Of a DNA stretch of 64,000 bases, positions 49,601-63,300 are shown one piece after another. Each line of letters begins with the position of its first letter. Position 1 is the stretch's first letter. Where the stretch lies: NCBI GenBank assembly GCA_047495785.1, contig JBLDXI010000024.1:3596001-3660000 (forward strand), written 5' to 3'. The position numbers were made by a program, and so were the translations under genes. The notes beneath the pieces are model-generated. The model did no database searches, was not told the DNA's origin, and saw only the letters and a list, made by a program, of their open reading frames with translations. Origin of the DNA: Lepidodermella squamata (lineage: Eukaryota; Animalia; Gastrotricha).

Positions 49601-52600
49601 TATTGGCCACGGCTGACGATTCGTTCAATTTATGATTAAGCTGACTTTGCAGAGCTTCGTCATTAGCAATGCGTTTCCATGTTGCTCTGATCTGAGAGCG
49701 ATTGAGTTTTTGCAGAACAGGATAAGCAGCGTGCATCTTGGCTATTTCACCGAGTCCATACTTGTCAACGCCTTCTTTAATCGCGAGCAATTCCTCACGA
49801 GTTCTAAACTGGTATTTTCTGCCAGTAGTCGGCGCTGACGTTGGCGCAGGTGAACCAGACTCAACAGGTTCGGGCGATAGCAACGAAACAGAATTCGGTT
49901 GAGTATCAGTTGCCTAAAACAGAAAGCAATAATAAATGAGATTAATTATGGCCGATTAATAAACAACTTTCAGCGATTTTTAAATATTGGCTTTCCAAGC
50001 ATGTTTGACTTTTATATAAAAGCATACATCTTGCACATGCTCCGAGTCTTTTCAAGTTTTCATGTCTCACTAGAAACAGGGACAACTTCCTTAAACTATC
50101 AGTGACCTCTTGAAAACGGTGCTAAAAATGCCCAGCACAGCAAAATTTTGTCAATAAATCGGCACATTGGACAAATTGGCCCGATCCAATGTTGATCGGG
50201 CCGCCAAGCTCTCGAAAGAGCCAGGCATTTATTTTTCTATTGGCTGTCACCCGAAAAAGCGGGGCTTCTCCGAAAATGTAATCAAGGAAATTGTTGAAAA
50301 GAAAGAAATCACGAATATAATTGCAATCGGCGAATGTGGATGCCAGCGAGGGCACTGACACTTTAAAAAATCAAATACCACTTTTCGAAATGCAAGTCCT
50401 GTACGCAAAAACTACTAACTTGCCTCTATGCAACACTTTCGGTAAGAGATGAGTCGTTTTATGAGCTGAATAGCGAGCGTTTAGGTATTATGAGTCTTAT
50501 TTCAGAGACGTTCCTCAAGATGACTGTTTTCGCCACGTCCGAGCTCCCAATTTCCAGAACAATTCTGTCCTCCACCACTTGAATGGCTCGCTAACAGCAA
50601 CCGAAAATTGGCCGAAAATAAGCGACAACAGGTTTGAACGCTGGCTCATTTGGCGGCCGATACGCGCAGCACACCCAAGACGCTGTTAAAAACACAGAAT
50701 CGACATCGACAACGACGACGAGATGGATTAATGGACCTCTGGTGCGCATTTCGACTCCGCGTTGGTCAATGAGCGCCCCAACAAAACCTTGGCTGTGAGC
50801 CTCATTATTCGTGGTATGATAAGAATGTTAGTGCCGACGTAAAAAATGCTCGTGATTAAGTTCTCTCTTCCTTTGCTCCAACTCAAGGAACCACTGGCTA
50901 GATAGCGGATGTAGTGAACATCTCCCTCACGGAAAAAAAATTCGCTAGTGGCCGCAGCCTGGTAAGAATTTGATTTTGGGGTCGCCAAGGGTTAGGTGTG
51001 GAAAATCCCTGCAGTAAACTGTCAGCCAGAGGCTTAACTTTGTTTACTATATTACCACACAGTTCGCCAATAATCTCCTCGAGTCATTCCAGCGCCCTTT
51101 GCCAGAATCCACTGTTTTCATTTTTATTTTTATTTTCACTTTTGCAATCGTTCTATTTTTTTGATTATGCTTCATGGTTCTGGCCTGTTTAGCTACTGTA
51201 TTTTAATCCTCTGTAAAACATTTCGTATATTCATAACATTTGTTTGTTGCTTGCTTTAACACTTGCTAATACTTACTTTTAAAATTGCTCATTTTCTTTT
51301 AAAAGGAGGAAGTGTTGTAGTACGGCCTGGCACGCGACTAGCGTCATTCATTCTTGGAATTTACTCGTATTCTCATGGTCGCGTGCCAGGCAACCTTCCC
51401 CGCCTTTTTACAATTTATAACGCTCGTTTTAAATTCACGAAATCGGCTCAATAAAAAGTTAATTCATTCACACGCCTTTTGTAAAACATACTACAAGCTG
51501 CTTTACCTCCTGGTCAAACCGCTGTTCACAAATCCTCGAAGCGGCGACACAGCTGCTTATCCGCCTGGCAGTTGAACCATCCTAGGCGACACCAAAGAAA
51601 AAGACCACAACCGTAACCGACGGTTCTGCTCGGAAACCCGCGAAGCTGCGGTACTCGAAACCAGCGCCGATATCTCAGGAATTCATCTCCGAGTCGTCCG
51701 ACAAAGAAGTCCAACAACCGGTTGGGCTTCTGCCCCTTCACCTAGATCTTTCCAATTCTTCTGAGACTTCAGAATCTTCTGAATCTGACTATAACTTGTT
51801 TCATGCCTTTGCATGTGCTGGACGCTGGAAATGTGATTTCATAAATTTGATGATTCATTTAGTTCGTTCACCGTGATCATCACCGTGACCTGTCCGACAG
51901 GGTGTGTACACCGGAGTGATTTTTATTCACAGCACACGTTTTTGTTGTTTTTCTACAGTTCTTTTCTACTGTTCTTTTAATCTCAAAAGTGCTGACGAAT
52001 AAAGAAAATGTTATGTTATGTTATGTTATGTTCAGTTCGTTGATGATTCCTACATGCGAAAAAATCATCTGCATGTTTCTTGTATGTATATACTTCAATA
52101 TTTCAATTATTAATTCTCACTACGTATCACTATTAGCTTCGGTCAAGAATTGTAGTTGGTAATTTTGGATTTAAAACTTTGAAAAATAGATTCCATAAGA
52201 TCTTCCGAAGGTCTCTCTTTGGCCATCATTCAGTTGGCCGATGAAGTTGTAATAAAAATGGCACCGATAGACACCTTAACTGATCGGACTTCAAATGTAA
52301 CGGCGGGCTTCGACGACTTTGACATATGAGTAAAATCTTCCGTGCAAAACGCTTAGCGTCGAATCGGTAATTTCCTGGCAGTCCTCGACCGTTTTTGCAG
52401 ATTTCTTCAGTTTCAGGTTTACTCCGCTATACGGCGGTGATGGTTAATCAGGTATAACTCAGGTTGGTGTATTCCTGAACTATCTCAGGCTTTTCTTATT
52501 AGTGTCATAGAGAAAAAAATGACCAGAGTAAGCACTCAAGCTACAATTTTGATCTTCATTATTATAGAATTGCTTTCTCAAAACGTATATCTCCGTTTTT

Positions 52601-54473
52601 CACCAAATTTTGCATGCCTATAGAGCGCGAGCTGCTCTTTCACGTGGTATAAGATTTGAGGTGGGCGATTGCTGCTCAGTCTTGATCTCATCAAAATAAA
52701 TGAAACCATAGTGAAAACGAGGTTTTTGTATCGTAACAACGGTTGGGTTGCCCACGTCGAATCTTATACCACATGAAAGAGCAGCTCGCGTTCTATAGAC
52801 ATGCAAAATTTGGTGAAAAACGGATATATACGTTTTGAGAAAGTCAACAATGAATAAAAATGAAGATTTAGAAATTTTAGCTTGAGTGCTTACTCTGGTC
52901 ATTTTCTTCTCTATGCTTAGTGTTAATCATACCTGATTAGAGCACCAGTAACTGAAGTAGTGAACATTAATTTCCAACCAGTTTTTTAGCAGCAGGGAAT
53001 GATTTTAAACATGACCATCGTATTCTGCGGCCTTTGTTTGACCATTAAATTTTTGATTCCAGAAAAATTGGCTGAAAATTGACCACGTTTGCAGTTTAGG
53101 ACGAAAAATAGAAATGCGTTGCATAATTGAGGCAATTGCCCGTAATTACAAAACCGGTGGCGCGATTGTTTGCGACAGGTGTTGCGCCACAATGGTGAGC
53201 TTTTAAAAGATTTCCTTTTGGGGCTATTTAGTTCAATACCCAATGCACCTGCTGGCAAAGGAAGAGCTCTCTATGACCGAGGGCCTTCGATATCGATGGC
53301 TTCAAAAATCAGTGAAAAGTTTTTTGCTAAATTGGGTCACTTTACCCTATATTTGAAACCCATGTCAATTTTTGAGAAATTCAACCAAACAGGTAAAATT
53401 GCCACTAGCTTATTTTACAGCAAAAACAATCTTACTTGAGCGGAACCAACGATTTCCACATATTTCTGTTCCTGTTCGACTGCAATCGAACTGTTTGCCG
53501 AGCCGCACTTTGCCTCTTTATCAAGCATTTTCAGAAGCGCTGGATATCGATTCATACGCGCCCATGCCCGCTTGAAATCATCGCGAGTTCGTTTTAGCAA
53601 AACCGGGAAAGCCGCTCGAATTTCAGCCCAGCCTTCCTCGCCAAACTGCTCGACGCCTTTTTTGATCGCAGCATATTCTTCGATTGACCAACCGAATTTC
53701 CACAGATGTTTGGATTTTTTCATTTTTTCTTCGGACTTTCCATCATGGCGTTTTCTGTCCCCTGGTGTTAGCTGGAAAAAAATTCGTTCAATTTCCATGA
53801 AAAAGCTCAATTGTTTGATTAAAATGTCAACATGCGGGAAATTTTCAATTACCTTTGATTTTTCCTGGCGTTCTTTACTTCCTTCTGCTGAATCTAAATC
53901 GGTCCACTCAGCTGAGTCAGTGTTAGAATCGTCAGAAACTCTTTCATCTCCAGACTCCCCGTCGGATTCTTGATCAGATGCAGCTATGCCAACAGCTTCA
54001 GCAGCCCGCTTTTTCTCAATCAAATCAGGTTCTTTCAGCAGCCTGTACCATGTATTTTTGACACTGCCGTACGTTCGACCTTTCAAACAGTCATAGGCGT
54101 CTATGACTTTTTGCCAGTAGCCACCGTTGAACCGAGCGTGGCCGTCTATAATAGCCTGCATTTCTTCGCTAGTCCAAGGCTTATGAACTCGAACCTCGAA
54201 GTCTTCTTTAGGGGCTTGCTCGACGCCACTTTTCAGTCGATTCTTAATCGCTTTTGCTAGCGGATTATCTTGATTGCGGATCCTATGCCAGGCATATCTC
54301 AGGTCGTTGTCCTTACGACTCTTCAGCAGTGGATAGGCTGATCGAATCTCGTCCCATGCTCCCGCGCCGTATTTTTCGACGCCTTTTTTGACAGCAGCAT
54401 ATTCCGCAAGGGTCCAACGCGACAGCCAAAGAACTTTCGTTTTGGGATTCCTCTTCTTCTTGCTGTCGTCCGG
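46650..54473 (-). CDS. Multi-Myb (6x TRF/telobox-like SANT-Myb) + AT-hook protein, paralog 1; 5' end unresolved
   Basis: Phase-0 exons 54473-53853, 53771-53436, 49913-49014, 48937-48767, 48711-48550, 48494-48372, 48318-48244, 48188-48105 (weak donor), 47379-46831, 46766-46650. Myb consensus e.g. WSLDEFAALKTGVDKFG..QWHKIRAAFPVLHKRSAANLRDKW. AT-hooks RRRGRPRK and RRSGRPKK. The 53436-to-49913 join is inferred from phase. Confidence 0.75.
50167..50450 (+). pseudogene. TatD-family nuclease fragment inside Myb-gene intron
   Basis: PGIYFSIGCHP and IIAIGECG motifs, followed by a stop/frameshift and LFEMQVLYAKTTNLPL. Confidence 0.75.
51301..51495 (+). mobile_element. Putative polypurine tract plus short 3' LTR remnant
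   Basis: AAAAGGAGGAAG directly precedes TGTTGTAGTA; the inverted terminus TACTACA ends at 51495; internal TTTATAA and AATAAA. Confidence 0.5.
52008..52032. repeat. (TTATG)n microsatellite
   Basis: About five tandem copies of TTATG. Confidence 0.85.
52506..52915. mobile_element. Foldback MITE with ~165-bp TIRs, hAT-like
   Basis: Arms start CATAGAGAA(A/G)AAAATGACCAGAGTAAGCACTCAAGCTA and are near-perfectly complementary. Flanks ATTAGTGT / CTTAGTGT form a 7/8 match to an 8-bp TSD. Confidence 0.85.
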
Positions 54474-55230
54474 CTAAAAAGTAATATTATTATTGAATTA
54501 GATATTCATTTGAAATCATAATAATTTTAATACGGAACCAAAATCAAGGGAACATTTTCATGTAATGGAGTCTTTTGAAAATTCTTCGTTCAATTCCTCT
54601 TTCAATGTGTCTAGAACGTGTACTGCTTGTCTCTTCACCGATATTGATTATTCAGTATTTTCTTTCGACGCTCAACTTTGCCGGGCATATTGGTGCCGCG
54701 GTATGCTTCCTCATTAGTAACTACTTTTAGCGATCGCATTTTTCCTAACGAATACTTCGAGAGCAGGGTGTGCTTTTCGCTGCTTTTAGAAGATGTTCGG
54801 GCTGCTATAGATACCGTCTGCTCGCATGCGGCGAGTTCTTTTTACCTCAATTACCCGCGATTATGGCAATAGTGTCTTTTTCTTTACAAACTGAGAGCAC
54901 AAATGAAGTGAATACGGCTTGTAAAAATGTAAAAAAAAGAATAAAAGTCGAAATCTGCATCGTCCCGTTTAGGGTTTTGCCAGAAAAGACGCTAGTTTCG
55001 CGAAAGACGCCGACATGAGGGTGCGGAAAAACTTCGATGAATATGCCCTAAACATCGATACCGCCTACATCATCCTATTCCAGGTTAATCAACAAATTCA
55101 TTGTACTTGCAAGATATGGGTCGCTTTCGCCGAGCTGAAGTCAACCACCGCCAGCTTAAAAAAACGGCTACTATCGCGGAAGTCGTAGCAAGCAGCCTCG
55201 CGAACTAGAATCATCTTGCCTCAGAAACAA

Positions 55231-55389
55231 ATACTCGTAATTGGCCACGCAGCTTATCCCTGCCCAGTAAAAGCTAACAACGTCAAGCCGGATTACTCTA
55301 ATCTCCCCGTCACCTGGCGTAGCAACAAGAACGCATGGATGAAAAGCGACATTTTCGAAGAGTGGCTACACGACTTTCTGAAAGCGTAA
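55231..55389 (+). mobile_element. pogo/Tigger DDE_1 transposase fragment
   Basis: Translates to ILVIGHAAYP..LPVTWRSNKNAWMKSDIFEEWLHDF. Confidence 0.85.
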
Positions 55390-55442
55390 AATTTCGCTTC
55401 TTCCTTAGCATTTTTTGCACGGTTCAGCAAGCTACGCCTCAG

Positions 55443-55950
55443 AGCACCAGGTGAAGATGGTATTCTCGATCCGCTGATTAAAAATGGGCCACCTGCCCTT
55501 CTTGACCCTCTTCTGCTACTTTTTGATTATAGCCTTAGCATACAGGGTTTGTTCCAAATGCCTGGGAAGTTGCCGTAGTGGTCCCTGTCCCGAAAGCCGG
55601 CAAGTCAGCGCAGTCGGTCGATGAGTACCGCCCGGTGTCGCTGCTTTCGTGCGTCGCGAAGCGTCGGTGTGATGGATGCCGTCATCGCGGCGTATCTGCT
55701 CGACTTCTGCATCCAGCACGGCAAGTTTCCGGCCAGCCAGGTCGGGTTTCAGCAGCTGAGGTCCGTACTGGATGCACGATTGGTGCACGATGTCTGCGAG
55801 GGGCGCTCCGACACAGGCGAGGAAACTGGGAAGACTGGTGACAGCATTTCTCGACTACCGCGCGGCCTATGATAGCGTGTGGCACAACGGCCTCCGACTC
55901 GCCCTTGAAGGGCTCCGCTAGCCTGTACCTGTTATCCGCTGGTGCTCGGA
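55443..55950 (+). mobile_element. Degenerate non-LTR (LINE) reverse transcriptase fragment
   Basis: APGEDGI, VVPVPKAGK..YRPVSLLSCVAK, QVGF and AFLDYRAAYDSVWHNGL across frameshifts. Confidence 0.9.
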
Positions 55951-56084
55951 GTGTGGCTGCGTGGCTGTCTACCGCGTGTGAAGGCTGGGTCGCAGCTGAA
56001 TGAGCCCAATGCGACTATGGCGGCGCGCAAGGTTCGCCCTTATCCCAATTCTGGTCATTATATTGAACCTTGAGAAGTTCGGAT

Positions 56085-56272
56085 TTCCTGATCCGGTCAA
56101 AGACGCCGGAAAACCCGGCCACTACTTGAAAGCGGCTGATCGGTGGGAACAAGACGCGGCACCAGAGGCCGACTACCCTTACCCGACTGAAAGATGCCGA
56201 TTGTGTAGCTACACCTTTCAGGCTTCCAAGGTTGATGCGATACGCCACAACGCCATCAACCAACCACCCTGA
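56085..56272 (+). mobile_element. Possible BED-like zinc-finger fragment of a DNA transposon
   Basis: CRLCSYTFQASKVDAIRH pattern among other TE debris; the second His is absent. Confidence 0.3.
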
Positions 56273-56643
56273 ACGCCTCCTCTCGCTCATCAAAAATAAG
56301 AAAAAAGTTCGTTGAATTACCACCGGTTTCCATCTCCTTCTAATCTACCGTTTGAAAAAATTCCCGGTGAATTTATCACTGAATTAATTAAAAAATATGA
56401 ATTCATTTTATTTTAAATTTATGTAATAAAATTTATGTAATAAAATGCATAATTTTTTGTTTCCAAGGATACATAATGTTTTTTGTGAATTAAATTAACG
56501 CGATTTTGCTTTTCGGGAAGTGACGAAAGCCTCGTCAAATTCTGAGGGGTCAGTACTTAAAACGTAATTGCTATGCCCATCGAAAAGGATTCTCGATAAC
56601 AATGATCAGTATGCCAATTAACAATGCCAATAGTCAATCATTA

Positions 56644-56987
56644 ATAATCGATAATCGATAATCGATAATCAGCCAAGGAAATTCCAGTGAAAAGAGAGCA
56701 GCTTCTTTATAAATGATGATAATGAAGTCTTTGTGATGGCGTTAATGCCATGAAAGGAAAATAGAAGGTTATTGAGTTGAAAGCCTATACCAATCACCAA
56801 TCGACAGCAATAATATCGATAGTCACATCCGATTTTCCATTCAGTAGGCATCACTCACTTTAGTAGGAAATATGAAGGTTGATAGCAGAACAATGACAAC
56901 AAATGAATCATTGCGGTTATCCACACCATCGCCATACGCCTGTATAATGATTGATTTGTTAGAATCGATAATCGATAATCGATAATC
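56644..56987. repeat. Two short (ATCGATA)n arrays
   Basis: Three to four copies at ~56644-56670 and about three at ~56965-56987. Confidence 0.7.
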
Positions 56988-57335
56988 ATTGTATGCAGAA
57001 CACTTGTACATGTCAGGCATCACGTCAGGAGTAGTCTGGAGGCTCTAATCAACGCTCTGGAGCTATCTGGAGTATACGGTACACGATGTGTCACGTCGTG
57101 GCTTGACGGGACCCGACGGTACACACCGTGCCACATTGTGCCACGCACTTTGAAATCGACGTGACCCCTTACTGCCCGCCGAAGTCTAGCCGGACGATAA
57201 CTGCCCCCCCCCTGACCACATTATCACCGAGACCTGACCACCAAAATTTATAGGCGAATGAGTGGCGATCAAGATCATTGCAGTCTTTTTAACCAAGTTA
57301 TATTTTCAAAATATCATTCGTGAATTTAGCCATAC

Positions 57336-60300
57336 CTTTTTAGGAAAAGCCTTTCCTCGTATTGGTCGCGGAAACTTCGGATGGTTTTCAAGCCAACTTC
57401 CACGGCTTGATTGGTCATCACTCGTATTTTGTAGCCGAACAATTTGAGGCGTCGTGGATGTGCTATCACGCTCGCGAATTTTAGAAGTTTTTCTCTTCTT
57501 CTTTCGCAGCCTGAAAAGTATCATAAATTTTTGAATTTCCGTAATTTTCAAAGTTTTTGATCAGTCTTACTCGGCTTCCTTTTCTTCATAAGCTCTGCAT
57601 TCTCGAAATATCTCTTTTTCCAACTCGTTATCTGTTTCAGGAGAAGGCGGTTGCTTTTCCCGCATATCACGACAGCGAGCCAGCTCTTCTTTCACGAGAT
57701 CCAGCCAATTTTCAGGAAATCCCTTCGAAAATTGAGCGATAAACTCGGAACTGAAGACTTTTGACATGACAGCACCATTTGATGGGCCGATCAAGTTGAG
57801 AATAGACCCGGAGCCTGTTTTGACAGACGTCTCAGATAGCCGTTCCATAATCGGACTCGAAGTGATAGCGATGCGAGTTTTCGAGTTGAGCCCAGCGACC
57901 AAGATCGAGGTCATGGGGTAATCTGGGACTAAATGCCAGTTGAGAATCGTCACAGCTGACATTGTCGAGGCTTCTTCATACAAAAAAAACCTAAAATGTT
58001 GAAGAAAAAATTGTTCATTCGGCTCCTCTAAACATGCTCCTTAAAAGTATCGGAAGTCGGATTTACTATTTTATGATTTCACAGCTTTTATTTCAAATAT
58101 TATGATTTAAACAAGCAAATACGCTTGCATGGTAAATAGTGCCGATGTAAAGCTATTAACAAATTATTTGAGCAACAATCCACTATGAGAAATAGGAAAC
58201 GGGGCAGAATACGGTGATGTATCAATGATTTTATTTGCACAATCAATGTGACTCGAATTTCCAGGTTTCTCCTTAGCCATCAGCTTTTTCCACATTAGCC
58301 TAGAAAAATGACAAACGATTATATAGCAAGCAAAAGCAAAAATATTATACTTTATTATTGTTCAGCCAAACAGGCTTTCGAATTTGGGATGGCTTTTTGC
58401 GATTAGAGCTTGCTCTATACAGACCAAAGCCTAGATCGGAAAGCGGTCTCCGTCTCTTGAGCGCTTTCTTCCCCTATGATGACGACAGTCAAAAAATGGA
58501 TACAATTTTAGGTGAAACATCATACTTTTATAGGCCTGATGCGTCGTTTCACAGCAACTCGTTTAGGAGGATTCGACTTTTCGATTGGATCGCTGTCTTC
58601 CGCCTGCACAGCTTTCTTGGGAGTCTTTTCGGCCGGTGTATTGACGATTTCATACATTTCTGGTTCATCGGTCGAGTTGAAGTACTAAAATGGGAATAAA
58701 AAATTATTTTCTCCCAAATTCTAAAATTATAATAACATTTGTATATCCATCAAAAAATATGGTATGTGTCCTGCACTAGAATAGGTAACGAAGCGAACCC
58801 CGTCAAAGGTATTTCGCAAGAATAATTTCGCTATTTAGTTTGTCTCGTAATTTATCGTTTTCTTTATTTCTGCAACATTGGCATGAATTGTTGCAATTTT
58901 ATTTTTTCAAGGCTATATTCAGTCAAGACCAGGCGCAGGTGGTAAGAAATGAGACTCGTAAATAGAAGGCGAAGTTTCCGTTAATTTTTCCGGCTATTTT
59001 GGACATTCAGCAGCAAATACAGCGCCATCAACGCCCCACTTTGAGCATGGTTTCAAGTGATTCGTAGCCAAGGCGTAGATTTCGGCGACGATATTCTGAA
59101 AGAGCGCGCTAATCGTTTTAGCTGTAATTTTGACCAGCCAAACACGGAAAACCAATTTACTTTATTATTTTCAAGTTAATTGATAAAAAATGTTCAACTC
59201 TGCATGTAACGAACTTTTTTCGTGGCACCATACTGGTTCGTTATAAACGGAATGCACTGTACTCAAACACAGGTTCACATATGAATTTATTCCCGACTTT
59301 CGACTAATACGCGTGGTATTCTATTCCAACCTCGTGTTTGGCTTTTCCTCAAGAAACTAGCTAGAATTTTCGCCCAAATTTCCTTAATATAATTTCGATG
59401 AAATGCGCAGCTTGATTTAGACCAAAACCGAACAACCTCAGCAAAAGAAATTGAACAGCACTTAGCGGCTGAAACGATGGTTTGTGGATTGCGTCAAAAG
59501 CCAGGCTGCCTTTCATTCTACTCGTAAGAGAACGCGCTCAGGATCGCTGATCCTGATCGGATCGCTGATTCCCTGGTTGAATGGAAGAGTTGAGCGCTCA
59601 ATTCTACTGGGTGTTGCATATATGTTTGCCAGGGGTCCACAGCAATAACTTAGCAAGCGATGACCGTGAGCCATAGCTCATTCGATAGATAATTGATTCA
59701 CAATCTTTTTGAGACCAAACACACGACCGCCTTCCTGCAGCCGGGCATTCTGGTCTACCCGGACTTCTCTCGCGCGTTCAAGGTGATGTGTGACGCCTCG
59801 GGCGTCGGCTTGGGCTGCATGCTCATGCAGACTAGCGATGACGGACTCGACCGGCTGGTCGCCGCTCACAGCCGCCTGCTTTCGCCCGCCGAGCGGAGGT
59901 ACCCAGCCCTGGAGAAAGAGTGCCTCGCGATATTGTTTTCGTGCGACCGCTTCAGAGAATACCTGCTTGGCACCAGGTTCGTCATGGCACCAGCCGACTC
60001 ATTTCGCCTCGACCCGGCTGAGCTCCGTGCCGCTCAGCTTGACGATCCCGACCTCGGACCCGTCCTACGTCACCTCGACCTGGGCGAAGCTCTGCCTCAG
60101 CCGCTCTCCGCCGCATCTGCCTGTCTTTTGCGCCTCCGCCACGCTGTCTCAAAGGACGAAGCCGGCGTGTTCCACATGTCGGTGGAGGACCGGCTCTTCC
60201 CTCGGCTTTGTCTCATCTTTCCGCTGTCCATGTGCCGCAGGTGATCCGCGTCGCTCATGACGCGCCCTCATCTGGTCACCTCGGTCGGTTCAAGACGTTG

Positions 60301-63300
60301 GGGAGGATATGGTACTATTTTGGTGTACGGCTACCCGGCCATGTTTCTTGACAGTTTCTGATGACAAGTTTCTTGAATGTTTCGAAAAGTTGAAAAGCTA
60401 CAGCTTTCGCACCTGAAGACCGCACCTGACTCGACATCGACAGCTACGTTCACAATCGAAAATCGCCAAAGCGTGGAGACCATTGGCAAGGTGAAACATT
60501 GTCCTAAGGTTTATTATGAAAACATTCGTAAAATCGCTGGAAAACATCGATCGCGAATTGTTAGTTTCGACTTCACTTACAATGACTTGGAGGAGGTTGA
60601 GAAGTTTACAGATGGCGAACTGAAAGATAGGCCCGTTGTCGTTCTGGCACAACATCAAAGTGATGCCATGACCAAGGGTCTGGTCCTGATATTTTCCCAA
60701 ACAGAAGAAGAAGCCCAGGCGTGGCAGGGTGAGCACTCAACGGTTCCTCTCGGTTCAACATCGTCGTTCGTCGTCAACAAAATTATATTCTCCCGAAGAA
60801 GCAGATGTCAGGCCTAAATGGTCCATTATTAAGCGCCTCGATTGGCGATATGACTGGCACAAGCGCCAGTGGTTCCGCAAAGTCGTTAACATCAACTCGT
60901 ACAACGAAGCTGAGGGTTCTATACAGATCACTGGTTTATCGACCTGTTGCCCTCATTCCGGGATTCATGTCCCTCATTCATGTCAGGTGAAGACGCAGGC
61001 AATGGATCCAAAAGAAGTTCTCTTGGCAATGATGCTGCTACTGAGGCGAAGATAATCAACTTAGGGTTTCATCATTTATAGTTATAATATAGGTATCGCT
61101 TTTTATTATATTGTTTATGATTTCCACGGAAGTGCCAATTGACCCAGAAAGAAATTATGGGCATGGGAGTCGTTGCATACCTCGAGGCAGTGATCACTGT
61201 ACACCTGCTACCAGAGCGTACCAAAATCTTACTGAAAACAGACATCGCTCTCTTACTTACTCGAAGAATATGTAAGTCTGATAACAAATTATTTCTCGAA
61301 ATGTTATTCAAATGTTCGAAAAATCAATAATGAAAAGCTATTTAACAAAATAATTCATTACCTTATATAATAACTCAGGTTGAATCCGCGGTTTGGAGAC
61401 TCTCTGGCTTCTTCGTTGAGGTGCCTGGTGTTGCTTCGATTTCAGCGGCTTTTCTGCTTTTTTCACAGTAGAGCACTCCGAGTGACTTTCAGAATCCGCA
61501 TTTTGGTTTTCTTCAGCTACAGTAACCACTTCGGACTCTTTGGTATCTTCCAAAAGTTTCAATAGCTTGGAATTGCGCGAAAATGCTTTCCATCTGTCTC
61601 TTAAAGCATGTGCACTTCGGTTTTGAAAAATAGGGTAGGTCGCTCGAATTTTACGCCAACTCGCACCAAACTTGTCGACACCTTTCTTGAGAGCCACAAT
61701 TTCATCCATTGACCAAGTTATCAGTTTAACAGCATTTTTGACGTCAGCCGGGGCCAGGCCGTTGATAGAAAAATTATTGTTCCTAAGCATTGAAGCCCAT
61801 TGACCAGCGCACTGAATGGCCGTTCGATTTTTCAAAACATCGTACGCTTTGATTATTCGCTTCCAAAGCGGCCCCTTAAAGCGAAAATAGCCGTCTTTAA
61901 GCGCTTGTCGCTCCTCATCAGTCCACAGCACGTATCGAGACTTATTGTCTACGGATGCCATGTCGTTCATTTTATCTTTATCAGGCAATGTTACAGGAGA
62001 GCACTCCGAGTGACTCTCTGAATCAGCGTTCCGGCTGTCTTTGGCTACAGTAACCACTTCGGGCTCTTTAGTGCCTTGCAGAAGCTTCAATAGCTTCGGA
62101 TTTCGCGAGAATCCTTTCCTCCATCTTTCTTTTAAGGCTTTCGTACTTCGTTTTTGCAAAACAGGGTAGGCCGCTCGAATCTTTTGCCATTGGCGCCACG
62201 CACCATACTTGTCAATGCCCATTTTGAGAGCGACAATTTCATCCATGGACCAAGTTCTCAATTTAACAGCTTTTCTGACGTCAGCCGGAGCAGTGCCGTT
62301 GATTGAAAAACTAGAGTCTCTCAGCATAATATCCCACTGAGCACTGCACGAACCAATGCTTCGATTTTTCAAAACATCGTACGTTTCGATAATTCGCTGC
62401 CAAAAGGGCCCCTTGAAGTGAGAATAGCCATCTTTAAGCGCTTGTCGCTCCTCGTCAGTCCACGACACGTTTCGAGTCTTATTGTCTACGGATGACATAT
62501 TGCTGATCTCATCTTCATTAGGCAATGTTTCAGGAGAGCACTCCAAGTCACTCCCTTGGTAATTTCTTTTACAGTCATCCTTTACCGCAACCACTTCAGG
62601 CTCTTCAGCGCCTTCTACAACCTTTAGCAGCTCGGAATCGCGAGAAATTATTGTCCTCCATTTGTCATATAGACTTTGAGCACTTCGATAGTGCAAAATG
62701 GGATATGCCTCTCGAATCTTTTCCCACTGGCCCTGTGAACCGAACTTGTCCACGCCTTTTTTGAGAGTCACAATTTCACCCATGGACCATCTTTTGGTTT
62801 TTTCGATACCAGCCGCTGCCAGGCCTTCGATTGAAACGTTAGCGTCCTTTGACATTTTTGACCATTGATCAGAGCATTGCTTCCAACTTCGATTTTTCAA
62901 AACATCATACTCTTCAATGATTCGGTGCCAAAATGGCCCCTTGAAGCGAATATAGCCATCTTTTAGCGCCTGTCGTTGCTCATCAGTCCACGGCACGAGT
63001 CCCATCATAGACGCTACGGCTGATGAGTTGTCAAATTTACCATTAAGCAGGCTTTGTAGAGTTTCACTGTCAGAAATGCGTCTCCACACTGCTCTGATCT
63101 GTGAGCTATCGAGTTTTTGCAGAACAGGGTATGCAGCTTGAATTTTGGCTATTTCACGGAGTCCATACTTGTCAACGCCTTCCTTAATCGCGAGCAATTC
63201 CTCGAGTGTTCTCCTCGTTTTGCCAGTGTGGGGGGTTGATGTAGGCTTCACAGACTTCGCAGGCTCGGGCGAAACCAACGCACACGAATTCGTTAGAGCG

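Noticed and set aside
50728-50988. Gypsy integrase C-terminal-like ORF (FREGD..WSKG)
   Set aside because: Motif too short and on the opposite strand to the adjacent LTR candidate.
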